Shown: in pieces, positions 30,609-40,461 of the stretch
Layout of the letters: each line of letters begins with the position of its first letter
Numbering within the stretch: the first letter of the stretch is position 1
Assembly: GCA_026395175.1 (NCBI GenBank)
Contig: JAPLZF010000010.1
Span: 4,450 to 68,449, forward strand
Direction: 5' to 3'
Source: Candidatus Staskawiczbacteria bacterium
GTDB lineage: Bacteria; Patescibacteriota; Minisyncoccia; Minisyncoccales; Staskawiczbacteraceae
Length of the DNA stretch: 64,000 nucleotides
Notes under the pieces: generated by a model
The model's input: only the letters and a program-made list of their open reading frames with translations
What the model was told of the DNA's origin: nothing
The model's database searches: none
Made by a program: the position numbers and the translations under genes

Positions 30609-30684
30609 AATTTCTAATTTCTAATTTCTAATTTCTAAATAATGACTAAATGTCATAATTTTTAAAAATTAACAAATTAGAATA
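30608..30684. repeat. Heptamer (TAATTTC)n array, no cargo gene
   Basis: taatttc x4, then aatgactaaatgtcat and aaattag. Confidence 0.75.
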
Positions 30685-30709
30685 TCAATTAATTATTTTT
30701 TTATTTAAT

Positions 30710-32041
30710 TTATTTATTTTCGTCGGTTGGGTTGTCGGCTGGTTCTGCCTCAACTGCTTCGCCATCTGTTCCAACTTCTTTGGCCTTTTTAGTTTTTCGA
30801 GCCTTCTTGGCTCGCCCTGAGCTTGCCGAAGGGTTGGTTTTCCCCTCGCTATCGCTCGGGGTAAGTGTTCGCTCCGCTCCCTTATCTTCACCTTCGTTTT
30901 CTTCTGTTGGAGTTTCCGATGTTTTAATGTCTATTTTCCAGCCGGTTAATTGAGCAGCCAATCTTACATTTCTGCCGTCTTTTCCAATTGCCAAAGAAAG
31001 CTGGTCTTCTGGTACAAAAACAATTGCTGTGTTTTTGTCTTCAACTTGCACACTGACAACTTTTGCAGGAGACAAAGCATTTGTAATAAATTTTTCCGGT
31101 TTTTCGTCAAAAGAAATCACGTCAATTTTTTCTCCGCCCAATTCATTTATAACCGCCATAATTCTTGTTCCACGCTGTCCAACGCAAGCTCCAATTGGGT
31201 CAACGCCTTGTTCATTTGAAACAACTGCAATTTTTGTTCGAAACCCTGGCTCTCTGGCAATTGCCTTAATTACAACTGTGCCAGAGGCAATTTCAGGAAC
31301 TTCCAACTCAAATAATTTTGAAATTAATTTTGGATATGTCCTTGAAAGCATAACAACACTTCCTTTTGGAGTGTCTTCCACCTTCATTATATAAAGCTTT
31401 AATCTTTGGCTTGGCCTGTAAAATTCTCCCGGAATTTGCTCGTCTCGGTTTAAAATTCCCAAAGTTTTTCCAATGTCCACAAAAACAGTATGGCCTTCAA
31501 TCCTCTGCACAATTCCAGAAACGATTTCTCCTTCGCGAGACCTGTATTCTAAAGAAATTGTTTCTTTTTCTGCTTCTCTAATTTTTTGCAGAATAACCTG
31601 TTTTGCGGTTTGCGCTGCAATTCTGCCATAATCTTGCTTGGAAATTAAAGGAATTTCGATATCTTCGCCGGCTTTAATTTTTGGAAAATCTTTTTTGGCG
31701 TCAGCTAACATAATATGTTTTTCAGGATTAAAAACATATTTCTTTGGAGGTTCTTCTCCTGCTCTGGCTTCATCTTGCGGAATTTCTTTTCTTTCTTTCA
31801 TTTCTTCAATTTCCTCGTCTGTGTAAAGCATGCCATTGTCCACAACCAATTTTATTTGCCAAAACTTAACATCGCCCGAAACCGGGTTGAATTTGGCCTT
31901 AATTTTCTGCCCTTTTTGGCCGTAGTCTTTTTTGTAGGCTGTAGCAATTGCAGCTTCAATTGTTTCAATTACTTTTTCAGGCGAGATGCCTCTTTCTTCT
32001 GCAATTTGGTTTAACGCGCCCTTAAATGATTTTATATCCAT
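30710..32041 (-). CDS. nusA: Transcription termination/antitermination factor NusA
   Basis: GRIAAQTAKQVI, S1 domain, AREPG.RTKIAV, GACVG.RG.RI, LSLAIGKDGRNVRLAA. Confidence 0.98.
   Translation of the reverse strand: MDIKSFKGALNQIAEERGISPEKVIETIEAAIATAYKKDYGQKGQKIKAKFNPVSGDVKFWQIKLVVDNGMLYTDEEIEEMKERKEIPQDEARAGEEPPKKYVFNPEKHIMLADAKKDFPKIKAGEDIEIPLISKQDYGRIAAQTAKQVILQKIREAEKETISLEYRSREGEIVSGIVQRIEGHTVFVDIGKTLGILNRDEQIPGEFYRPSQRLKLYIMKVEDTPKGSVVMLSRTYPKLISKLFELEVPEIASGTVVIKAIAREPGFRTKIAVVSNEQGVDPIGACVGQRGTRIMAVINELGGEKIDVISFDEKPEKFITNALSPAKVVSVQVEDKNTAIVFVPEDQLSLAIGKDGRNVRLAAQLTGWKIDIKTSETPTEENEGEDKGAERTLTPSDSEGKTNPSASSGRAKKARKTKKAKEVGTDGEAVEAEPADNPTDENK
30815..30880. repeat. Two palindromic elements in the nusA C-terminal tail
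   Basis: CCCTGAGCTTGCCGAAGGG (30815-30833) and CCCCTCGCTATCGCTCGGGG..GTTCGCTCCGCTCC (30842-30880). Confidence 0.75.
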
Positions 32042-32161
32042 GTTTATATATTTAATAATTTTTTAGAAAAAAAGCCCGTGGTCAGACGGACAAATAATCT
32101 TTCTATATCTTTAACATAAGATTACTAAAATTATAGCTCCCTGTCAAGTTGGCGAGAAAAA

Positions 32162-32566
32162 TTACGAAATTATATTTTCGTGGTGGGTGAGGCGCGAGAC
32201 GGAAAAATCTGCCTCGCCCGTAGGCTTATGGCCGAGGGGCTTAAGCACAATGCAGATTGCGTCTATACGCGCAGGTCCGTCCCATCTTTTAAATGCCGTG
32301 TAGCTTTTGGCGTTTTGCAAAACTTTCCACAGCTTGGCTTTATTAATTGTATCTTCCGGACTGCCAAAATTTTCTCCAATTTTTGTCCTCACTTCCACAA
32401 ACACTAATTTATTTTTTCCCCACAAATTATCTTTTTTCTCTGCAATCAAATCAATTTCAGCATATTTTGTCTTATAATTCTGCTCTATAATTTTGTATCC
32501 TTCTTTTTCCAAATATTCCCTTGCCAAATCCTCCCCAATTTTCCCCACTTCATTATGAAAGCTCAT
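32162..32566 (-). CDS. yraN: YraN-family nuclease
   Basis: G..GEDLA..YL, EIDLI, LVFVEVRT, RIDAI; start MSFH at 32566. Confidence 0.92.
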   Translation of the reverse strand: MSFHNEVGKIGEDLAREYLEKEGYKIIEQNYKTKYAEIDLIAEKKDNLWGKNKLVFVEVRTKIGENFGSPEDTINKAKLWKVLQNAKSYTAFKRWDGPARIDAICIVLKPLGHKPTGEADFSVSRLTHHENIIS

Positions 32567-34100
32567 GATATTTTGGCTTGTACTGCAAGGCTTCTGCCAT
32601 GTGAGAAACAGTAATTTCTTCTGCATTGTCCAAGTCTGCAATTGTTCGCGCCACTTTTATCATTTTCATGTAGCTTCTGGCAGAAAGCTGAAATTTTAAG
32701 CTTGCCTGCCTTAAAATTTCCTCAACGTCTTTTAAAAGTTTGCAATATTTTTTTATATCGGCATTTTTCATTTGGCTGTTGCAATGAATTACCTTTTTTT
32801 CTCCTTGGTTAGAAAACCGCACTTCCTGCTTTTTCCTGGCAAAAACAACTCTTTGCTTTATTTTTTCTGATGACTCTAAAAAATCAGAATTTTTCTGGTT
32901 GTCTGAAAATTCTCCTGCGTCAACAGGCATAACAGAAATGTGCAAATCAATTCTGTCTAAAATAGGGCCTGAAATTCTTTTTTGATATTTTGATATTTGG
33001 TTTGGGTTGCATGTGCAATTCTTTTTTGGGTGCATGGCATACCCGCAAGGGCAGGGGTTTGCTGAGGCTACAAGCATAAAATCAGCAGGATAGACAACGC
33101 GCTGTTTGCTTCTTGAAATTGTTAAATAGCCGTCTTCTAAAGGTTGACGGAGCGCTTCCATAATAGACCTTGGAAATTCGTTGAACTCATCTAAAAATAA
33201 AATTCCTCTGTGAGCCAAACTTATTTCACCCGGTTGCGGTTTTGATCCTCCACCAACCAGCCCGGCCAAAGAAGCTGTATGATGTGGAGCGCGAAATTGC
33301 CTGTTAAGTATTAGCGACCCTCCCGGCGGGATTCCACCGGAAGCTGAATAAATTTTTGTAACTTCTAAAGATTCTGCTTCGTTTAAGGGCGGCAATATGC
33401 CCGGCAAGGCTCGTGCCAACATTGTTTTGCCAGAACCGGGCGAGCCAATCATAATTATATTATGGCCTCCGGCAGCCGCAATTTCCATTGCCCTTTTTGC
33501 CTGCTCTTGGCCCAAAACTTCTTTCATATCAAACTCAACAGGAGCTGGAATATTTTCTGCAACTTGTTTGTAAACAACTGGAAAAATTTCTTCTTGTTTT
33601 AATAAATGCCTGCAAATTTGAGTTAAATTTTCAACAGGAAAAACTTTTACTCCCTTTATAGCAGCAGCTTCGTTGGCAGAATCTTTTGGCACAAACAAAT
33701 TTATAAATCCAAATTCCTTGGCAAAAAGCGCCATTAAAAAAGCGCCTTTTGTGTGCCGAAGCGACCCGTCAAACGACAGCTCACCCAAAAACAGCGACTT
33801 TTGGGGAACAGGAAATTCCAAAACACTGCTTAAAATTCCAACGGCAATTGGCAAGTCATAAATTGAACCCTCTTTTGGCACGTCAGCCGGCGCCATATTT
33901 ACGGTTATTTTTTTTGCAGGAAAATCAATGCCGGAGGTTGCAATGGCAGTGCGCACCCTTTCTTTGCTTTCGTCCACTGCTTTGTCGGGCAAACCAACAA
34001 TTTCAAACCCGGGCAAACCCTTGTTTGCCAAGTTTATTTCAATGTCAACTTTTATTGTTTGTAGCCCCAAATTTGCCACCGAAGGAATTTTAATAAGCAT
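32553..34100 (-). CDS. comM: YifB/ComM Mg-chelatase-like AAA+ ATPase
   Basis: VGLPD.AV.ES.ERV, GSPGSGKTMLA, FRAPHH, GEISLAH.G.LFLDE, NPCPCG. Confidence 0.96.
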   Translation of the reverse strand: MLIKIPSVANLGLQTIKVDIEINLANKGLPGFEIVGLPDKAVDESKERVRTAIATSGIDFPAKKITVNMAPADVPKEGSIYDLPIAVGILSSVLEFPVPQKSLFLGELSFDGSLRHTKGAFLMALFAKEFGFINLFVPKDSANEAAAIKGVKVFPVENLTQICRHLLKQEEIFPVVYKQVAENIPAPVEFDMKEVLGQEQAKRAMEIAAAGGHNIIMIGSPGSGKTMLARALPGILPPLNEAESLEVTKIYSASGGIPPGGSLILNRQFRAPHHTASLAGLVGGGSKPQPGEISLAHRGILFLDEFNEFPRSIMEALRQPLEDGYLTISRSKQRVVYPADFMLVASANPCPCGYAMHPKKNCTCNPNQISKYQKRISGPILDRIDLHISVMPVDAGEFSDNQKNSDFLESSEKIKQRVVFARKKQEVRFSNQGEKKVIHCNSQMKNADIKKYCKLLKDVEEILRQASLKFQLSARSYMKMIKVARTIADLDNAEEITVSHMAEALQYKPKYHELS

Positions 34101-34112
34101 GTTTTTAAAAAT

Positions 34113-35012
34113 TTAATTTATATAATATTTTCCGGAGTCTTGGCTGATAAAACCTTTGAGTTGCATTAGTGACAAGGCAGTACCAAGTTGGGCAACCGGA
34201 ATGACAAACAATCTTGCCAGTTCGTCAGCTTTCAGCGGTTCACGCTTTAATTGCTCTATAATTTTATTTTCCAAACTGTCACCCGTAACAAAATTTTTGC
34301 CTGCCTTTTTAGCAGACGGCAGAATGTCAAAATATTTTAAAATATCTTTTGCTTCGGTCACAACTTCAGCGCCTTCTTTTATTAGTTTTAACGATCCTTT
34401 TGAAACCTCGCTGGTAATTGGGCCAGGTAAAGCAAATATTTTTTTGCCCATTTTTTTTGCATAGCTTGCGCTAATTAAAGACCCAGAATTTAAAGCCGCC
34501 TCTGTAACAAAAACTGCTTTTGGAAGCCCTGCTACAATTCTATCTCGTTGTATATAAGTAAAAGTTTGGGGCTGAGCGTCACCTTCATATTCAGAGATAA
34601 TTAAACCTCCCGTATCTAAAATTTTTTGATAAAGTTCTTTTTGGTTAGCCGGGTGTATTAAATCAATTCCACAGGGCATCACGGCGATGGTTTTTCCTCC
34701 GCATTTTACAGCAGCCGAGTGAGCAGCTTCGTCGCCTCCATACATAAAACCAGAAACAATAGTAATGCCTGCGGCCGCAACTTCGGTAACCAACTGCTCG
34801 GTTGCTTTTTTGCCGTAATAAGTTAAGTGACGCGAGCCTACAACAGCCAGGCAATTTTGAAAAATTTTTTCATCCCAATTCCCCTTATAATATAATTTTT
34901 TAGGGCCCAAACTGGAAACAAGTTTTTTAAAAGACTCCTTTAGTGCTTTAGGATATTTTTTACTTTCAACTTCAACACAATTTATCTCCATAGTTTTATA
35001 CCCATTCTTCAC
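34113..35012 (-). CDS. dprA: DNA-processing protein DprA
   Basis: AVVGSR, IVSG..YG.D..AH, RDRIVAGL, SGSLISA, LIKEGA; C-terminal winged helix. Confidence 0.95.
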   Translation of the reverse strand: MKNGYKTMEINCVEVESKKYPKALKESFKKLVSSLGPKKLYYKGNWDEKIFQNCLAVVGSRHLTYYGKKATEQLVTEVAAAGITIVSGFMYGGDEAAHSAAVKCGGKTIAVMPCGIDLIHPANQKELYQKILDTGGLIISEYEGDAQPQTFTYIQRDRIVAGLPKAVFVTEAALNSGSLISASYAKKMGKKIFALPGPITSEVSKGSLKLIKEGAEVVTEAKDILKYFDILPSAKKAGKNFVTGDSLENKIIEQLKREPLKADELARLFVIPVAQLGTALSLMQLKGFISQDSGKYYIN

Positions 35013-35024
35013 AATATATCCACA

Positions 35025-35966
35025 TTATTTTATTTTATTTAATGGCGGGTAAAGCTGTTTATCAATCGTTCTTTCAAAACAAATTCTGCCTGTGCCGTGA
35101 TTCCAGTTTTGGTTAATACCTTGTGGAACTATATAGTCTATTGTTATATTTTTGGGATTTGGCTTGTTAAATATCGCGCATAATTCAAAAGATAAATTTG
35201 CCGCGTCTTTTACATTATATTCATAATTAGCTTTTGTTTGCGGGTCAGCAGGAACAACAAAACCTGAAATTTTATCATTTAAATCAGACAAGGAATTAGG
35301 CAAAACTTCTTTCCTCTGCCAATAATTTACAACTTGCGATTGGATGTCCTGCAAATCAGAAATTTTTTGCTGGTCAAATTGAATTAATCTTGCAGTTTGA
35401 GGAGAGCCAACTATAAAAAATGCGCAAACCACTCCGACTAAAATTATTATTGCCGAGCCGATCGCAAAATATTTTGCTAATTTTGTGGGAGTATCGCGCC
35501 TGACGTCATTTAAATAATATCCAAAAACAACTGCAGCAACCAAAAGTACTGAAAGGGCTTTCAAAACAAATTTTTCGGTTATTTCGCCTCCTAAAAATGT
35601 ATTTATTGTGCTTACCAAGTCTCCAATAATAATCAAGGAAGCGGCAAACAAAGTCAAATATATCAGCCATTTTCTGATTTTTGAGTCTCTTACAACAGCT
35701 TCTCTTCTGTAAATTTTATTTAAATACCATGAAACCAAAATAAAAACCGGAAAGACAATAATCAAAGAGGCAATGGCAAACCTCATTGGTCCGTTAAAAC
35801 TGCCGGGATAATAGTTTAAAACATCCGGCAAAAAATAATTTATATATTGCCACAATAATGTAACAAAGCTTACTGCCGACCAATATAAGGTGACGATTGC
35901 CAAAAGATGCAAAAACAAATCTCTTGGAATATTTCTTTTTGGGGTACCCTCTGGGTCTTGTTCCAT
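35025..35966 (-). CDS. Membrane protein (DUF5671-like) with C-terminal extracellular domain
   Basis: RFAIASLIIVFP, RKWLIYLTLF, GSP..AR...D..K..DL, DPQT...YEY...FELCA.F. Confidence 0.8.
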   Translation of the reverse strand: MEQDPEGTPKRNIPRDLFLHLLAIVTLYWSAVSFVTLLWQYINYFLPDVLNYYPGSFNGPMRFAIASLIIVFPVFILVSWYLNKIYRREAVVRDSKIRKWLIYLTLFAASLIIIGDLVSTINTFLGGEITEKFVLKALSVLLVAAVVFGYYLNDVRRDTPTKLAKYFAIGSAIIILVGVVCAFFIVGSPQTARLIQFDQQKISDLQDIQSQVVNYWQRKEVLPNSLSDLNDKISGFVVPADPQTKANYEYNVKDAANLSFELCAIFNKPNPKNITIDYIVPQGINQNWNHGTGRICFERTIDKQLYPPLNKIK

Positions 35967-36006
35967 ATTTTTTTATTTAATTCTATTATTTTATTTTACA
36001 ACTTTT

Positions 36007-37935
36007 TTAAAAATTAACCATTTTTGCCACAGGCTTTTCTTCATCAGGACCTTCGGCTTCGTCATCCGAATCCGCAGATTCGTCTCTTAGAGCCTGAGCC
36101 TCAGAACCGAAGGCCTGAGCCGCGTCGAAGGATTCCTCGTCTTCCAAAAACCCGCCTGCTTGAAGTTCCCAAAGTTTTTTGTACAAACTGTTTTCGTTTT
36201 CCAAAAGATCTGCGTGGCTTCCTTGTTCAATAATTTTTCCGTTATCAATAACAATAATCCTGTCCATTTTTTGAATGGTAGACAAACGGTGGGCGATTAC
36301 AATCACGGTTTTATTTTCCATCAAATTTTCTAAAGCGTCCTGAATTAGCATTTCAGAATTTGAGTCCAAACTTGAAGTCGCCTCGTCTAAAACCAAAATT
36401 GGAGCGTTTTTTAAAATTGCTCTGGCTATGGCAACCCTTTGCCTTTCTCCGCCAGATAATTTTATTCCCCGCTCTCCCACATAAGTTTCAAAACCCAAGG
36501 GCATATCTTTTATAAACTCATTACAGTGAGCCAGGGTGGCTGCTTTTTTTATTTCCTCTATTGTGGCGTTTCTTTTCCCATAAGCAATGTTTTCTGCCAA
36601 AGTGCGGTGGAATAAAATCGGATCCTGAGGCACCATTGAAATGTTTTTCCTCAAGCTTTCCTGCGTGGCCTGTGAAATATCATGGCCGTCAATTAAAATT
36701 TTCCCGGAAGTTGCTGAATATAATCTTAAAAGCAATCTAACAAAAGTTGTTTTGCCGGCTCCCGACGGCCCAATTAAAGCAACTTTTTCTCTCGGTTTAA
36801 CTATTAAATTTATATCTTCTAAAACTTTTCTGGTTTGGTTAAAGCTAAAAGTTAAATTTTTAAATTCAATTTCCCCCTTATCAACAATTAGTTCTTTTGC
36901 CTGAGGAATATCTTTAATTTCATGGGATAAAAGTGTAATTTCAACCATTTCTTTTGCATCGGCATAACTTTGGTAAACATCTCTTACTATTCTGGTAAAT
37001 CCCCATAATTGGTTAATTATATTCAAAACATAGGCCTGCAATAAAACAAAAACACCAATTGATATTAATCCTTGCTGCCAATATTTTATTGAAAAATAAA
37101 ACAAAATAAATTCTATTGCAAAACCCAAAAATGCCTGTCCTCCTTCTACTATAGCGTCCAGCCTCCATGCAAACCTTGTTATTTTTGCTTGCTCATCTGT
37201 AATTTTTTTATAGCCTGACGACTCAAATTTATATCCTCCAAAAAGTTGGATTGTATTTTGGTTTGAAATTGTATCGGCCAAATATCCTGTTGCTTTAGAA
37301 TCTATTTCAGCAACTTCAATATCATATTTTAATTTCCATCTTGAAAATGTAATGTTGAAAGATAAAAAAATAATTACCCAAATTAGAATAACCAAAGCAA
37401 TCCATTTGTTTATAAAAAACACAACTACAAATATAGAAACAACTCTTACTGCCAATGGCAACAAGTTCCATACAAAATTATCTGCTATTCTTTCAAATGA
37501 TCTAGCAAACCTGTTTACCTTCTGCACCAATGACCCGGCAAAACTATTTGTAAAAAAAGAATACGAGTGCAGCATCAAATGGTCATACGACTGCTGTTTC
37601 AAATTAGCCATCACTTTCGGCTCAAAATTGGTGTTTGCTAAAGTGGCTATACGGTAAAGAATCCAAAACAATATATTAATGCCCAAAATATAAAAAATAA
37701 GAGCAAAAAGTTTTGAAGCAATAATTATTTTGTCTCCGCCGCCAGCTATAATATCAAAAAATTGCTTGTAAAAAAGAGGAATTATTATTGCGCCTATATT
37801 TGCTAAAATAATTGAAACAACTAAAATAAATAACTGCCATTTTCTTGGTTTTATTCCGCGCCAAAAAGCAGCCAAAACATCTTTGAGTTTTACTTGCGGA
37901 TAAACAATGCCTTTTTGTATTTTCTCTGTTGGCAT
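36007..37935 (-). CDS. ABC transporter, fused permease/ATPase (MsbA-like)
   Basis: GPSGAGKTT, LSGGERQR, LVLDEATS, IAHRL. Confidence 0.95.
   Translation of the reverse strand: MPTEKIQKGIVYPQVKLKDVLAAFWRGIKPRKWQLFILVVSIILANIGAIIIPLFYKQFFDIIAGGGDKIIIASKLFALIFYILGINILFWILYRIATLANTNFEPKVMANLKQQSYDHLMLHSYSFFTNSFAGSLVQKVNRFARSFERIADNFVWNLLPLAVRVVSIFVVVFFINKWIALVILIWVIIFLSFNITFSRWKLKYDIEVAEIDSKATGYLADTISNQNTIQLFGGYKFESSGYKKITDEQAKITRFAWRLDAIVEGGQAFLGFAIEFILFYFSIKYWQQGLISIGVFVLLQAYVLNIINQLWGFTRIVRDVYQSYADAKEMVEITLLSHEIKDIPQAKELIVDKGEIEFKNLTFSFNQTRKVLEDINLIVKPREKVALIGPSGAGKTTFVRLLLRLYSATSGKILIDGHDISQATQESLRKNISMVPQDPILFHRTLAENIAYGKRNATIEEIKKAATLAHCNEFIKDMPLGFETYVGERGIKLSGGERQRVAIARAILKNAPILVLDEATSSLDSNSEMLIQDALENLMENKTVIVIAHRLSTIQKMDRIIVIDNGKIIEQGSHADLLENENSLYKKLWELQAGGFLEDEESFDAAQAFGSEAQALRDESADSDDEAEGPDEEKPVAKMVNF
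36093..36131. repeat. Tandem CCTGAG..CGAAGG elements in-frame in the ABC transporter tail
   Basis: CCTGAGCCTCAGAACCGAAGG + CCTGAGCCGCGTCGAAGG (protein SFDAAQAFGSEAQAL). Confidence 0.75.
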
Positions 37936-37945
37936 ATTATTTTTG

Positions 37946-38016
37946 TGGACTTAGCGAGAGTCGAACTCGCGTCTCCGCAATGCGAATGCGGCGTACTACC
38001 ACTGTACTATAAGCCC
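37946..38016 (-). tRNA. tRNA-Ala(CGC)
   Basis: GGGCTTA...TAAGTCC-A with G3:U70; anticodon arm CCGCA-TTCGCAT-TGCGG. Confidence 0.95.
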
Positions 38017-38735
38017 TTTTTGGTTAATTTTTTGGCTGAATCTTTGTCTAATATAACAATAACATTTTTGTGCCGTTGTATAATAGAAGCAGGAACTTCT
38101 GTGGAAACTGGTCCTTCAATTGCGCCAAAAATTGCATCGCTTTTGTTTTCGCCACTGGCTAAAAGAATAATTTTTTTAGCCTGCATAATTGTATCAATTC
38201 CCATTGTTACTGCCTTTTTTGGAACATCTTCCATACTTTCAAAAAATCTGGAATTGTCCTTAATTGTGGTTTCTGTTAAAGAAATTTCCCGAGTTTTAGA
38301 ATCAAATTCAGAGCCAGGCTCGTTAAACGCAATATGCCCATTTCTGCCAATTCCCAAAATCTGCAAATCTATTCCGCCTGCATTTTTTATTTCTTGGTCA
38401 TACTTTTTGTAATCGGGCTTGAAATCATCCGGAAAAAATGTATTTTTAATATCAATATCCACTTTTGAAAATAAATTTTTCTTCATTGCAAAATGAAAAC
38501 TTTGGGGATGTTCTGCGGGCAATCCGGAATATTCGTCCAAATTAAATGTTTTTATTTTTTTGAAACTTATTTCTCTTTTCTTGCATTTTTCAGACAAAAT
38601 TTCGTATGTTTTTTTAGAAGTGCCGTCTGTCGGCAAACCCAAAACAGCCTCAGGATTTTCTTTCAAAAATGAAGTTATAACATCAGCTGCCCTCTTTGAA
38701 AGGGCATTGTAATCTTCTTCAATATAAATTTTCAT
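38007..38735 (-). CDS. nagB: Glucosamine-6-phosphate deaminase
   Basis: TFNLDEY, GGIDLQILGIG.NGHIAFNEPG, AVTMGI, VPAS. Confidence 0.95.
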   Translation of the reverse strand: MKIYIEEDYNALSKRAADVITSFLKENPEAVLGLPTDGTSKKTYEILSEKCKKREISFKKIKTFNLDEYSGLPAEHPQSFHFAMKKNLFSKVDIDIKNTFFPDDFKPDYKKYDQEIKNAGGIDLQILGIGRNGHIAFNEPGSEFDSKTREISLTETTIKDNSRFFESMEDVPKKAVTMGIDTIMQAKKIILLASGENKSDAIFGAIEGPVSTEVPASIIQRHKNVIVILDKDSAKKLTKKGL

Positions 38736-38738
38736 ATG

Positions 38739-38809
38739 TCGGGGTGTTGAGAATCGGACTCAAGCCTCAGACTCCCGAAGTCTGCATACTACCACTATAC
38801 TACACCCCG
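38739..38809 (-). tRNA. tRNA-Pro(CGG)
   Basis: CGGGGTG...CACCCCG-A, anticodon arm CAGAC-TTCGGGA-GTCTG; T-loop GTCCGATTC. Confidence 0.92.
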
Positions 38810-38813
38810 TTTT

Positions 38814-40280
38814 TTAACTGACCCAATATTTTTGCTTTGTCATTTTGTCTTGTTTTGTTTCAACTTCCGATTTTTCTTGTTTTGATTTTTCCGCTAAATT
38901 TTTCAATTCTTTTTCAGAAAGCTTGGTTAATTTTAAAGCTTCTTTTTCTAAAAATTCTTTTTTATTGTTTTTTGGGTCGTCCAAAACATACCCTAGCAAA
39001 ATGTCCAAAATCTGGCCAATTTTAGGCCCTGGCTTTATTTCTAAAATTTGCATCAAATCATTGCCGTTGATTTTTAGCATCTTTGCAGAAATAGGATCTT
39101 TTGAAACTTTTTCAATTAAGTATTTTAAGTGACGCAATTTATACGGTTCGGCTTTAGGCACGCCAGAGCCAATCCTGTCTGCATATCTTACCTGCAAAAG
39201 ATCTTGCATGTTTTCTGCCCCGACATTTTTTACCAATCTTCTCACAGATGCCTCGCCGACTTCGTCCACATTGTAATAAAAAAGGTGAAAACGGACTAAT
39301 CTTGTAATCTTTTCAACATCTTTTTTAGAAAACTTCAAATTATTTAAAATGTAAAAACACATTTTGGCTCCGGCAATTTCATGATTGTAAAAAGTCGCGT
39401 CATTGCCTTCACCAGCTTTCACTCTTGGTTTGGCAATGTCGTGCAACAAGGCGGCAAGCCTCACATACATATTTAATTTTTTCTTTGCGGTATATTCTAA
39501 AGATTTTATGGCATGTTGGTAGCAGTCGTAAATGTGATGCTTGCTTTGAGCAACTCCATAATTTTCCAATAATTCCGGAATAATATATTTTAACAATCCT
39601 AATTCGCGCAACAGTTCAATGCCGTTGGCTGCGTTGTCTGACATAATTATTTTTATAAACTCATCACGAATCCTTTCTTTTGAAATTGCATCCAGCCAAA
39701 TGCTATTTTTTTTAATTGCCTCGGCAGTATTTTTTTCAATCTCAAAATTTAAAGTGGTGGCAAATCTTACAGCCCTGAGCATGCGAAGGGCATCTTCTAA
39801 AAATCTTTCTTCTGCGTTTCCAACAGTCCTGATTATTTTATTTTTTAAATCTTTTTCTCCATCAAACAAATCAATTATTTTTGGATTTTGGGATTTGGAT
39901 TTTGGGATTTCCAGCGCGATTGAATTTATGGTGAAATCGCGCCTGCCTAAATCATCTTCAAGTTTTTTTGCATATTTAACTTCGTCAGGATGCCTCTTGT
40001 CAGAATATTTTGCTTCCAGGCGATAGGTTGTAATTTCAATTTCTGCCAACTCTGATTTTTTTGAGCCAGTCCGGGCTGTAACTGTTAAAAAATTATTTTC
40101 ATAAAAAGAATCAGGAAAAACTTTTTGGATTTCTTCGGGCTTTGCATCAGTTGTCACATCCCAGTCTTTGGGTTCAATGTTTAACAAAAAATCGCGCACG
40201 CATCCGCCCACAATATATGCCTCAAAACCCGCTTTTTGCAAATTTTCAATAATAGATTTTACTTCCTTTGGAATTACCAT
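38814..40280 (-). CDS. cca: CCA tRNA nucleotidyltransferase with HD domain
   Basis: VGGCVRD, DWDVTT, EITTYR, RRDFTINS, EDALRMLRA.RF, LLHDIAKP. Confidence 0.93.
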   Translation of the reverse strand: MVIPKEVKSIIENLQKAGFEAYIVGGCVRDFLLNIEPKDWDVTTDAKPEEIQKVFPDSFYENNFLTVTARTGSKKSELAEIEITTYRLEAKYSDKRHPDEVKYAKKLEDDLGRRDFTINSIALEIPKSKSQNPKIIDLFDGEKDLKNKIIRTVGNAEERFLEDALRMLRAVRFATTLNFEIEKNTAEAIKKNSIWLDAISKERIRDEFIKIIMSDNAANGIELLRELGLLKYIIPELLENYGVAQSKHHIYDCYQHAIKSLEYTAKKKLNMYVRLAALLHDIAKPRVKAGEGNDATFYNHEIAGAKMCFYILNNLKFSKKDVEKITRLVRFHLFYYNVDEVGEASVRRLVKNVGAENMQDLLQVRYADRIGSGVPKAEPYKLRHLKYLIEKVSKDPISAKMLKINGNDLMQILEIKPGPKIGQILDILLGYVLDDPKNNKKEFLEKEALKLTKLSEKELKNLAEKSKQEKSEVETKQDKMTKQKYWVS

Positions 40281-40344
40281 GATTTTTCCATCTTACTTTA
40301 AAAATTGATTTTTTTCAATAAATTGGGTATAATTTAAAAAAATA

Positions 40345-40417
40345 GCCCTCGTGGTGAAACTGGATATCATAACTGGCTTCGAACCAGTTGTTGTGGGTTC
40401 GAATCCTGCCGAGGGCA
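40345..40417 (+). tRNA. tRNA-Arg(TCG)
   Basis: GCCCTCG...CGAGGGC-A, anticodon arm ACTGG-CTTCGAA-CCAGT; TTGATT-17-TATAAT promoter upstream. Confidence 0.95.
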
Positions 40418-40461
40418 CAAAACGAAAATTTTAAATTAAAAATTTTAAATTTTAAATAATT

